A DNA stretch of 32,000 nt, from assembly GCA_041674405.1 (NCBI GenBank), contig JBAYVT010000005.1, positions 1-32,000 of the forward strand, written 5' to 3'. Positions 17,410 to 24,766 of this stretch are shown in pieces. The position numbers were made by a program, and so were the translations under genes. Positions within the stretch are counted from its first letter, which is position 1; every line of letters starts with the position of its first letter. The notes under the pieces were generated by a model. The model had not been told where the DNA came from and did not search any database. It saw nothing but the letters and a program-made list of their open reading frames with translations. This DNA is from Patescibacteria group bacterium (GTDB taxonomy: Bacteria; Patescibacteriota; UBA1384; XYA2-FULL-43-10).

Positions 17410-17488
17410 AACTAATAACTTAAAACTAAAAGCTAATAACCAAAGGTATTCTATTTCGTTTTTAGTTGTTACATATTAGTTATTAGCA
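17410..17488 (+). repeat. AT-rich CTAATAAC leader element, 'empty' paralogue
   Basis: ACTAATAAC-ttaaaactaaaag-CTAATAAC...GTTATTAGC. The first 22 nt match 27262-27283 at 20/22. GCTAATAAC (17432-17440) is the perfect complement of 17479-17487. Confidence 0.55.
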
Positions 17489-17509
17489 TATTTTGTGAGG
17501 GGTTTTGTT

Positions 17510-18679
17510 ATGGATGATATCTATCTTGATTCGAGAAATGTTGGCGATGTTGAACCGCCAAAAAAGAAAAAGGGGATACTGACTCGAATTCGAGTTTTTT
17601 TCAAAAATCCTAAAAAAAGGTTAATTTTTATCATAGTTACCGGAATTGTTCTCATCGCTGCCGCAGTTACTGGCTATTATTTTTACATGAAAAATACCAG
17701 CAAGGGAACGGATGGAACAAACCCAATAAATAAAGATTTCCAGGTTGAAAACCCAACATACCAAGCTGTTCTTGATGGAATCATGGTTGCAAACCAAGAG
17801 GCCGCAAGCTTGCATCCTCTGGGCATAATCATTGAAAATCATACGGATGCGCGACCGCAAGCTGGATTGACTTCGGCGAGCATTGTTTATGAGGCCATTG
17901 CCGAAGGAGGCATTACCAGATTTCTTGCCCTGTTTGGTGAAAATGAAGTTGATAAAGCCGGGCCGGTAAGATCTGCCAGAACATATTTCGTTGATTGGGC
18001 ACATGGATACAATGCCTTTCTCGCCCATGTCGGCGGCAACATGGATGCACTCGACAAAATTAAGGCTGAGCATATTCTTGATCTTGACCAGTTTGCTTAT
18101 TCAAAACCTTACTGGCGCGAAAAAGGATTAAGAGTTTCTTCGGAACACACAATGTTTACATCAACGGAAGGGCTAAGGGCACAAGCAAACTCGAATAAAT
18201 ACACGACAGATAATAATTTTAAGGTGTTTAACTTTAAAGATGATCCCAAACCTGATTCTGCGGAATTCACTGCTTTGCCAGCATCACAAACAATTTCGAT
18301 AAATTATGGCAATGCAAATTATAATGCCGCCTTCTCGTATGACAAAGCAACTAATTCATATTTGCGCTCTCAGGCAGGAAAGCCTCACACAGATCGGGTT
18401 ACCGGCAAGCAAATAAACCCAAAAAATGTAATTATTATGACCGTAAACAGAAAATCAACGGTTACCCGGATCAACGAACAAGGATACATCATGGATGTCA
18501 TAGGGGAAGGAAAAGCGCAAATTTTTCTCGATGGCAAAGAAATCGATGGAAAATGGAAAAAAACCTCTGCCTCTGAGCGCGAAATTTTTTATGATTCAGA
18601 AGGAAAAGAAGTAACTTTTAACCGCGGTCAATTTTGGATCAGTATCATTTCCCCGGAACTAAGCGTTAGTGTACAATAA
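17510..18679 (+). CDS. DUF3048 domain protein (YerB-like), membrane anchored
   Basis: IIENHTDARPQAGLTSASIVYEAIAEGGITRFLALF motif. N-terminal TM. ATG 17510 is preferred, with a GAGGGG SD. Confidence 0.8.
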   Translation: MDDIYLDSRNVGDVEPPKKKKGILTRIRVFFKNPKKRLIFIIVTGIVLIAAAVTGYYFYMKNTSKGTDGTNPINKDFQVENPTYQAVLDGIMVANQEAASLHPLGIIIENHTDARPQAGLTSASIVYEAIAEGGITRFLALFGENEVDKAGPVRSARTYFVDWAHGYNAFLAHVGGNMDALDKIKAEHILDLDQFAYSKPYWREKGLRVSSEHTMFTSTEGLRAQANSNKYTTDNNFKVFNFKDDPKPDSAEFTALPASQTISINYGNANYNAAFSYDKATNSYLRSQAGKPHTDRVTGKQINPKNVIIMTVNRKSTVTRINEQGYIMDVIGEGKAQIFLDGKEIDGKWKKTSASEREIFYDSEGKEVTFNRGQFWISIISPELSVSVQ

Positions 18680-18698
18680 TAAATAGCGAAAGAATGTG

Positions 18699-18762
18699 AT
18701 TTGAGAAATGCGATATGAGGTTAACTAACCAGTAAGCTCATCTCTCAAAACTCATCTCAAAA
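18699..18762 (+). repeat. TTTGAGA/TCTCAAA inverted and tandem repeats in the eno leader
   Basis: TTTGAGA...ATGAG (18700-18719) pairs with CTCAT..TCTCAAA (18737-18749). The tandem copy ctcatctcaaaa follows. Confidence 0.5.
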
Positions 18763-18781
18763 CAATCTTAAGGAGGGTTTT

Positions 18782-20095
18782 ATGGCAAAGATACAAGATA
18801 TAGTTGGCAGAGAAATCCTGGATTCACGAGGTAACCCAACAGTTGCATGCAAGGTCACCCTGGACGATGGAAGCTTCGCAACCGGGTATGTAGCCTCCGG
18901 AGCCTCCACGGGGCAGTTTGAAGCTTTGGAACTTCGTGATGGTGATGAGAGCCGCTATCTGGGTAAGGGTGTACTAAAAGCAGTTTCAAACGTAAATGAG
19001 CTCATAAAACCAGCACTTGTTGGCCTTGAATCGGCCAGCCTTTCTGTTATTGATAAAAAAATGATTGAACTCGATGGCACAAAAAATAAGTCGAAATTAG
19101 GAGCAAATGCCATGCTCTCTGTATCGCTTGCCTCCGCCAAAGCAATTGCAAAAAGCGAGAAGAAAGAGCTCTTCGAATATTTAGCACCCCTGATGAATGA
19201 AAAGGTTGATGATCTTACAATACCAATTCCATTTTTAAATATCTTGAACGGCGGAAAACATGCAATCGGCTCCACAGATTTTCAAGAATTTATGATAGTG
19301 CCAATTAAATTTGAAAAATTCAGACGTGCAATCCAGGCCGGCACTGAAATTTATCATGCCCTTGGTAAAATTCTGGATGAGCGAAGCTACCAACCGCTTG
19401 TCGGAGATGAAGGTGGATTTGCGCCCTCACTTTTTTCCAATGAGCAGGCGATGGAACTTTTGATGATGGCAATAAAAGACGCTGGATACCACGCCGGAGA
19501 AGACGTCTTTATTGCACTGGATCCGGCTGCTTCAAGATTTTATTCAGGAGATATATATCAGCTTCATCGCGAAAATCGCTCCCTGATCAGCTCGGAGATG
19601 ATTGAATTTTACGAAACTTGGATTGAAAAATTTCCAATCATTTCCATTGAAGATGCGCTGGATGAAAATGACTGGGATAATTGGGGAGAATTGACCAAGA
19701 GAATAGGGGATAAGATCGAGCTCATTGGGGATGACCTTTATGCTACAAACAAAGACCTGCTTAAAAAAGGAATTGAACATAATGCTTCAACGGGCATATT
19801 GATTAAGCCAAATCAGATCGGCACGTTGTCTGAAACCATTGAAACTATCGAAATGGCAAAGCAAGCTGGATTTAAAATAATTATTTCTCATCGTTCAGGC
19901 GAAACAGAAGATGCTTTTATTGCAGATTTGTCGGTCGCCGCAAACTGCGGTGCAATAAAATCCGGGGCACCTGCACGCAGCGAGCGCACAGCTAAATACA
20001 ATAGATTGATGGAAATTGAATCTATTTTAGGTGACAAAGCAAAGTATGCTGAGTGGGACTTACTGGAATCAGCAAAGCAAGAAGTTGCGTTCTAA
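18782..20095 (+). CDS. eno: Enolase
   Basis: 437 aa. ILDSRGNPTV, SHRSGETED and KYNRLMEIE motifs. AAGGAGGG SD. Confidence 0.97.
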   Translation: MAKIQDIVGREILDSRGNPTVACKVTLDDGSFATGYVASGASTGQFEALELRDGDESRYLGKGVLKAVSNVNELIKPALVGLESASLSVIDKKMIELDGTKNKSKLGANAMLSVSLASAKAIAKSEKKELFEYLAPLMNEKVDDLTIPIPFLNILNGGKHAIGSTDFQEFMIVPIKFEKFRRAIQAGTEIYHALGKILDERSYQPLVGDEGGFAPSLFSNEQAMELLMMAIKDAGYHAGEDVFIALDPAASRFYSGDIYQLHRENRSLISSEMIEFYETWIEKFPIISIEDALDENDWDNWGELTKRIGDKIELIGDDLYATNKDLLKKGIEHNASTGILIKPNQIGTLSETIETIEMAKQAGFKIIISHRSGETEDAFIADLSVAANCGAIKSGAPARSERTAKYNRLMEIESILGDKAKYAEWDLLESAKQEVAF

Positions 20096-20106
20096 ATAAC
20101 TACAAA

Positions 20107-20143
20107 GAAAAAACCCCGAGTAATCGGGGTTTTTTCTTTTTTT
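20107..20143. terminator. Bidirectional intrinsic terminator between convergent eno and the lytic transglycosylase gene
   Basis: A-run, then CCCCGA-GTAA-TCGGGG, then a T-run. Confidence 0.85.
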
Positions 20144-20149
20144 GTTTAT

Positions 20150-20848
20150 TTACAGGCTATTCACAATTGACATAACCTTGTTGTAATAAGACGTTGAAGG
20201 ATTATATCCCCACAAAGCCTTTTTCACATTAGGGTAACCACAAGCCTTAAGGTAAGCAGCAGCAGAGTAAATTGCGTCTTCCACATTGTGGATATCAGCT
20301 ATTCCATCGCCGTTACCATCTACGCCATGTCTACGAAAAGTAGAAGGCAAGAACTGCATCGGGCCGGTAGCACCTGAAGGGTTACTCTTAAAAGTCGATC
20401 CAGAGCATCCGGTTTCGACATAGTGGATGGCATTTAAAAGCCTCCAGTCTACGCCGTAAATAGCCTCAGCTCTTTTGTATATGGACACGAAGTCCGAAGG
20501 GTCAACATAGGTGATTCTGGTACCGCGGGAGACAGTCTGTCTCGCTTTGGCAGTGGCTTCAGCCTTAGCCTTAGCTTCGGCTTCAGCAGTCTCACGAGCC
20601 TGTCTTTGTACCATAGATTCACCAGGAGTAATTTCCGGTTTGTTTTCATTGATAGCCAAAATTTTGTGTGATGAGGTATCGAGTTTGATCCCGATTTCCT
20701 GTTTGTTGATAGTTCCGTTGTCAGCCTTTGCAACTCCGAAGGAGGCGACGGCGACAAGCAGAACAGCTATGAACATAGTGGCATTTATAGACGCCGATAT
20801 GCTCATATGATCATTAGTATTCTTCTTACGAAGAAGCATTAGTTTCAC
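20150..20848 (-). CDS. Secreted lytic transglycosylase (SLT_2/MltB-like domain)
   Basis: Signal-peptide-like N-terminus (FIAVLLVAVASFGVAKA/DN), Ala/Glu/Lys repeat, and a catalytic region (YVETGCSGS...GATGPMQFLPSTF...DGNGDGIADIHNVEDAIYSAAAYL). Start uncertain (GTG 20848, ATG 20839 or 20806). Visibly G+C-enriched. Confidence 0.85.
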   Translation of the reverse strand: MKLMLLRKKNTNDHMSISASINATMFIAVLLVAVASFGVAKADNGTINKQEIGIKLDTSSHKILAINENKPEITPGESMVQRQARETAEAEAKAKAEATAKARQTVSRGTRITYVDPSDFVSIYKRAEAIYGVDWRLLNAIHYVETGCSGSTFKSNPSGATGPMQFLPSTFRRHGVDGNGDGIADIHNVEDAIYSAAAYLKACGYPNVKKALWGYNPSTSYYNKVMSIVNSL

Positions 20849-20940
20849 TGGAAGTTCGGCTTGGCGAGGGTCGTGGAAATAAGCCTTGGTCCAGATACCA
20901 TTTTAATTAAAAAATCTCACGAATTCGCGAGACGATATAT

Positions 20941-20969
20941 ATCTTAGCATATACTACTAATCTTGTCAA
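20941..20969 (-). promoter_or_regulatory. Promoter of the lytic transglycosylase gene
   Basis: On the minus strand, TTGACA (20969-20964) - 17 nt - TAAGAT (20946-20941). Confidence 0.55.
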
Positions 20970-21018
20970 GGGGTAAAATCGGCCAAAATGAAGCTAAAAT
21001 CAGGAGAAAATTCCTCAC

Positions 21019-21051
21019 AAAAGAGAAAACCGGTCGCGTAATACGACCGGT
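21019..21051 (-). terminator. Intrinsic terminator of the small island-B ORF
   Basis: ACCGGTCG-CGTAATA-CGACCGGT, a perfect 8-bp stem, followed on the minus strand by TTTTCTCTTTT. Confidence 0.7.
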
Positions 21052-21091
21052 CCCGGTTTTCCCTTCATTTTTCGGATAAGAATGCTGCCAG

Positions 21092-21325
21092 CTAGCGACA
21101 TGCTGGGCACTTCACTGACGACTCCAGCACCTCGACAATCGTGTCCAGAAACATCGACTGAAGCTGGCGCAACCCCTCCTGTGTTTCAAGGAGATCTCGT
21201 ACCGACCTCGTTACTCGGTGGCCACACCTCGTGTAGAGCACCGTCGTCTCCTCGCCGAAGCGATCAAGAATCTCTCGCCTCGTAACAGACTCCCGTTCTC
21301 TCGCTTTCGTTTCTTCTCTCTGCAT
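21092..21325 (-). CDS. Small charged protein with CxH...CxxC, hypothetical, in GC-rich island B
   Basis: 77 aa from ATG 21325 (MQREETKARERESVTRREILDRFGEE...VKCPACR). AAAGGGGGG SD with 6-nt spacing. G/C-ending codons. Has its own promoter and terminator. Confidence 0.45.
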   Translation of the reverse strand: MQREETKARERESVTRREILDRFGEETTVLYTRCGHRVTRSVRDLLETQEGLRQLQSMFLDTIVEVLESSVKCPACR

Positions 21326-21351
21326 AATATTCCCCCCTTTCAGGCAACCAC

Positions 21352-21360
21352 ACATTAGCA
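21352..21360 (-). promoter_or_regulatory. Extended -10 (TGCTAATGT) for the island-B ORF
   Basis: Minus-strand TGCTAATGT about 27 nt upstream of ATG 21325. An alternative is TTGAAT-16 nt-CATAAT at 21390-21363. Confidence 0.4.
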
Positions 21361-21402
21361 CCATTATGTAAGCACATCAACACCAATTCAACTGGTTAGG
21401 TA

Positions 21403-21411
21403 TGCTATAAT
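21403..21411 (+). promoter_or_regulatory. Extended -10 TGCTATAAT, 6 nt upstream of the ATG (leaderless candidate)
   Basis: TGCTATAAT-gcgcat-ATG(21418). Confidence 0.5.
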
Positions 21412-21417
21412 GCGCAT

Positions 21418-21852
21418 ATGAGAGACAATGACTGGCTTGAGGCTAAATTGGATTACATGATCAAAAAACATTTTCCGGATGTTAATTTCAAAAACCCTGT
21501 GTTTATTCATTTTGGAAGATGTGCAAGAACACGGCTCGGCAGCATAAAAAAGGTCTATCCAAAATCGCTTGTAGCCAAACTGAAGGGCAATTTCTCGAGC
21601 GTAATTACTATGAATGGGCATTTTCGAGATGAAAATATTCCGGAATACAATATAGACGCGGTTATTGCTCATGAGCTTTGCCATTATGCACACGGGTTTT
21701 CCTCTCCGCTGCCACAGATGACTACCCATCCACATCGTGGCGGTATAGTTGATAAAGAAATGGTCAAACGTGGATTTGGAGATACCCTCAAAAAACAGAA
21801 GAAGTGGTTTAAAGAAAATTGGATCAGTTATCTAAAAACTAATAACCCCTAA
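21418..21852 (+). CDS. SprT-like / DUF45-like zinc metallopeptidase (HExxH)
   Basis: 144 aa. VIAHELCHYAHG metal motif preceded by an RLGS...ITMN pattern typical of SprT-like domains. Confidence 0.6.
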   Translation: MRDNDWLEAKLDYMIKKHFPDVNFKNPVFIHFGRCARTRLGSIKKVYPKSLVAKLKGNFSSVITMNGHFRDENIPEYNIDAVIAHELCHYAHGFSSPLPQMTTHPHRGGIVDKEMVKRGFGDTLKKQKKWFKENWISYLKTNNP

Positions 21853-21876
21853 GGGGCCTCTTTGAGGCTAATAACC
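21834..21876 (+). repeat. GC-rich twin-hairpin mini-element, copy b, flanked by direct CTAATAAC repeats
   Basis: CTAATAAC(21839-21846)-ccctaaggggcctctttgagg-CTAATAAC(21868-21875). The stop codon of the upstream gene is the TAA loop. Confidence 0.6.
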
Positions 21877-21889
21877 TAAGGAAAAATTT

Positions 21890-22234
21890 ATGCCCGAAGA
21901 TTGTATTTTTTGTAAAATTGCGAAAAAAGAGATTCCAACCGAGATTGTATTTGAAGATGAAGACTTTATTGCTTTTAAAGATGTCAAGCCGAAAGCCCCA
22001 ATTCATGTCATCTTAATTCCCAAAATGCACATTGGGCCGCATTTTTCGGTCTCTGAGGAGCATGGTGAACTTTTGGGTAAGATGATGATTGCGGCTGCCG
22101 AGATTGCCAGAATAGTCGGGGTTGATAGATCCGGCTATAGGCTAGTCATGAATTCTGGGCCAGATTCAGGAATGGAAATTGATCATCTGCACATGCACAT
22201 TTTGGGCGGTGGGCAACTTGGCCCGATCGCCTAG
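21890..22234 (+). CDS. HIT-family (histidine triad) nucleotide hydrolase
   Basis: 114 aa. CIFCKI and HLHMHILGG motifs. Confidence 0.9.
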   Translation: MPEDCIFCKIAKKEIPTEIVFEDEDFIAFKDVKPKAPIHVILIPKMHIGPHFSVSEEHGELLGKMMIAAAEIARIVGVDRSGYRLVMNSGPDSGMEIDHLHMHILGGGQLGPIA

Positions 22235-22281
22235 GTTGTAAAACAACCTATTTTCTGTTATAGTAATTTTGTTTTATTCTA

Positions 22282-22342
22282 GCTCATTCTCAAATAGTTA
22301 AATTCAATATTTTTGAGATTTGAAATTTGAGATTTGAAATTT
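22282..22342 (+). repeat. rpsU leader repeats: GCTCATTCTCAAA plus a 14-nt tandem (tttgagatttgaaa x2)
   Basis: TCTCAAA (22288-22294) is complementary to TTTGAGA (22312-22318). Tandem units are at 22312-22325 and 22326-22339. Confidence 0.55.
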
Positions 22343-22362
22343 CTTGAGAGGTGGTGATATTT

Positions 22363-22557
22363 TTGATCGAGGTTAAAAGAAAGAACGAAGAGCGATTTGA
22401 TGTTATGCTTCGAAGATTCAACCGCGAAGTTCAGCAAAGTGGTATTCTTTCTGTTGCAAAAGAAAAAAGATACTTCAAGAAAGAAGATAATCGCGGAAAA
22501 ATTCGAAAATCAGCAATTCGTAAACGATATATTCAATCCCTGAAGCGCGGATATTAA
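22363..22557 (+). CDS. rpsU: 30S ribosomal protein S21
   Basis: IEVKRKNEERFDVMLRRFNREVQQSG aligns with the bS21 N-terminus. TTG 22363 is preferred, with a GAGAGGTGGTG SD. The track start is GTG 22351. Confidence 0.85.
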   Translation: MIEVKRKNEERFDVMLRRFNREVQQSGILSVAKEKRYFKKEDNRGKIRKSAIRKRYIQSLKRGY

Positions 22558-22573
22558 TTTTACAAGGACTAAT

Positions 22574-23002
22574 ATGGCCTTAAGCGAGCAAATAAATACC
22601 GATTTTATCGCTGCCTATAAAGATAAAGATGAAGCTAAATCATCCGTTTTAAGAATGCTTAAAAGCTCAATTAAAAACGAGGAAATAGCCCAAAAAACCA
22701 GCCTAAGCGATGATGATGTAATTAAGATTATCCAACGTGAAATCAAGCAGAGAAATGATTCAATAGCAGAATACGACAAGGGAGGAAGGCCTGATCTTTC
22801 AGAGAAAGAAAAGGCAGAAATCGACATTTTGAACAAGTATTTACCAACCCAGCTTTCTGATGATGAGATCGAAGCGATAGTTAGAAAAGTTGCCGAAAAC
22901 GAGAGCGACTTCGGTAAAATTATGGGCGCCGTGATGCCTCAAGTAGCAGGCAAGGCTGACGGTAATCGTGTCTCTGCTGTTGTTCGCAAAGTTCTCAAGT
23001 AA
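22574..23002 (+). CDS. yqeY: GatB/YqeY domain protein
   Basis: 142 aa. YqeY pattern (AYKDKDEAKSSVLRMLKSSIKNEEI...REIKQRNDSIAEY). Confidence 0.85.
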   Translation: MALSEQINTDFIAAYKDKDEAKSSVLRMLKSSIKNEEIAQKTSLSDDDVIKIIQREIKQRNDSIAEYDKGGRPDLSEKEKAEIDILNKYLPTQLSDDEIEAIVRKVAENESDFGKIMGAVMPQVAGKADGNRVSAVVRKVLK

Positions 23003-23923
23003 ATGAAAAAAATAAAAATAGAAATTAAATATCTTGCTGTTTTTTCCATGCTTCTTGCGTGCGTGTTTTTTGTTTCTTTTTTAATTGTTAACTCGATTAA
23101 TAATTATTTTGATTCCCTGGCCGTAAGAATACTTCTGATGGCGATTCTCGCAATTGTATTTTCTGTGATAATTTCATACGGCCTCTCAATACTTTCGACT
23201 ACGGTTAAAGACGCAATGATCACATTGCGCCGGATGCTAACCGTTCAAAACTTATCCAATCCTCTCCTTATGAAGCTTGCGGAAAAAGCACCTGGCACAT
23301 ACCACCATTCCATGAACGTCTCAAATATCGCACAAAATGCCGCTAGAAAAATCGGCGCTAATTCGCTTCTTGTACGCACAGCATCGTATTATCATGACAT
23401 CGGCAAGCTCAAAGACCCAGGGACCTTTATTGAGAACCAATCTCACAATGAAATCCCTCAAGATGAAAATGCAGAGTATATTCGTAACATCGCAAAAAGA
23501 ATTATCTCTCACGTCACAGAAGGCATTAAGGTTGCAAAAGACAATTCACTTCCTGAAGAAATCATCGATCTCATCGCCGAACACCATGGCACCACCCGGG
23601 TCTTGTACTGCTTTGAAAAAGCAAAAGAGCGGGGCCTTAAAATCAAGCGAACTGATTTTCGCTATCCCGGTCCGGTTCCTCAGTCGCCAGAATCGGTAAT
23701 CTTAATGTTGGCTGATTGTGTCGAAGCCGCAGCCAGGGCTTCAGAAAATTTATCACATGCAACAATCAAAAAAATAGTTGAATCTACAATCGAAGAAAAA
23801 CTTGCTGAGAAACAAATTGGTAGAGCAAACATCTCCGAAACAAACCTTGCAAAAATTAAAAATTCTTTAATTGAATCACTAGATGCAATATACCACCAAA
23901 GAATAAAACTGGAACAAGAATGA
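23003..23923 (+). CDS. Membrane-anchored HD-domain phosphohydrolase (short PgpH/YqfF-like)
   Basis: 306 aa. Two or three N-terminal TM helices. HD motifs HHSMNV...YYHDIGK...EHHG. Conserved yqfF-ybeY-dgkA gene order. Confidence 0.7.
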   Translation: MKKIKIEIKYLAVFSMLLACVFFVSFLIVNSINNYFDSLAVRILLMAILAIVFSVIISYGLSILSTTVKDAMITLRRMLTVQNLSNPLLMKLAEKAPGTYHHSMNVSNIAQNAARKIGANSLLVRTASYYHDIGKLKDPGTFIENQSHNEIPQDENAEYIRNIAKRIISHVTEGIKVAKDNSLPEEIIDLIAEHHGTTRVLYCFEKAKERGLKIKRTDFRYPGPVPQSPESVILMLADCVEAAARASENLSHATIKKIVESTIEEKLAEKQIGRANISETNLAKIKNSLIESLDAIYHQRIKLEQE

Positions 23924-24297
23924 AAGTCGAAATCATTGGCAAGGGAGGCCTAGAAAATAAAGAGATTGTTGAATTTATTGATGATATCTCTAAAAAAATT
24001 GGAATCGCCACAACCGACGCAATACTCGAAATTGTGTTCGTGTCAGAAGATGAAATACGGAAGTTAAATTCAACTTTTCGAAAAATTAATAAAGAAACTG
24101 ATGTATTGTCTTTTCCGCAGATTTCAATCAATGGAAATATTCCGATATTTGGATCGATTGTTATTTGCGAAAAAATCGGTAAAGATAGGGGAGAGACCAC
24201 AGAAGAACTACTTTCACATGGTTTCCTTCATCTTACTGGATACGACCACGAAACAAATCAAAGTAAGTGGGATGAAATAGAGGCAAAAATTACATGA
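23920..24297 (+). CDS. ybeY: rRNA maturation endoribonuclease YbeY
   Basis: 125 aa. HGFLHLTGYDHE metal motif. ATGA overlap with the upstream gene. Confidence 0.9.
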   Translation: MKVEIIGKGGLENKEIVEFIDDISKKIGIATTDAILEIVFVSEDEIRKLNSTFRKINKETDVLSFPQISINGNIPIFGSIVICEKIGKDRGETTEELLSHGFLHLTGYDHETNQSKWDEIEAKIT

Positions 24298-24668
24298 AAA
24301 GATTTGATTTTAAAAAATTTATTCGAAGTTTTCACTATGCGTTTCGGGGCGTAATCAGACTGCTTCTTACCGAACAAAATGCACGGATACACCTGACGCT
24401 CACCATTGTTGCTGGGATTCTCGCATATTTATTTGGCATCACCAGAGTAGAAGCGGCAATTTTATTTATCGCCGTAATTATGGTCTTTGCCATGGAAATC
24501 ATCAACACATCGTTTGAAAAGCTGTGCGATTTAATAGACCAAAACCATAATCCTATTATTGCTAGAGTAAAAGACGGCATGGCCGGCGCAGTATTGATTG
24601 CTTCAGTTATTGCCGCAGTAGTTGCCTTTATTATTTTTGTACCGTACCTAAGAGATATTGTTCACTAA
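24294..24668 (+). CDS. dgkA: Diacylglycerol/undecaprenol kinase DgkA family
   Basis: 124 aa. Three TM helices. FRGV...EQNARIH...EIINTSFE motifs. Confidence 0.85.
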   Translation: MKRFDFKKFIRSFHYAFRGVIRLLLTEQNARIHLTLTIVAGILAYLFGITRVEAAILFIAVIMVFAMEIINTSFEKLCDLIDQNHNPIIARVKDGMAGAVLIASVIAAVVAFIIFVPYLRDIVH

Positions 24669-24766
24669 ATGCCTTGCACAGAATTTGGCTATGAGGTAGA
24701 CTTTAACTGATAGCATTTCGCTGGTTTTGTATATTCAATTATAAAATTGATTTGGAGAGGGAGTTT

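Noticed and set aside
21082-21285. Plus-strand 67-aa ORF in island B
   Set aside because: It has a Pro/Ser/Thr-rich, non-protein-like translation and no SD or promoter. The minus-strand frame has an SD, a promoter and a terminator.
22312-22342. CRISPR-like repeat
   Set aside because: There are only two adjacent 14-nt units with no spacers, and the sequence is AT-rich. It is a simple tandem duplication in a leader.
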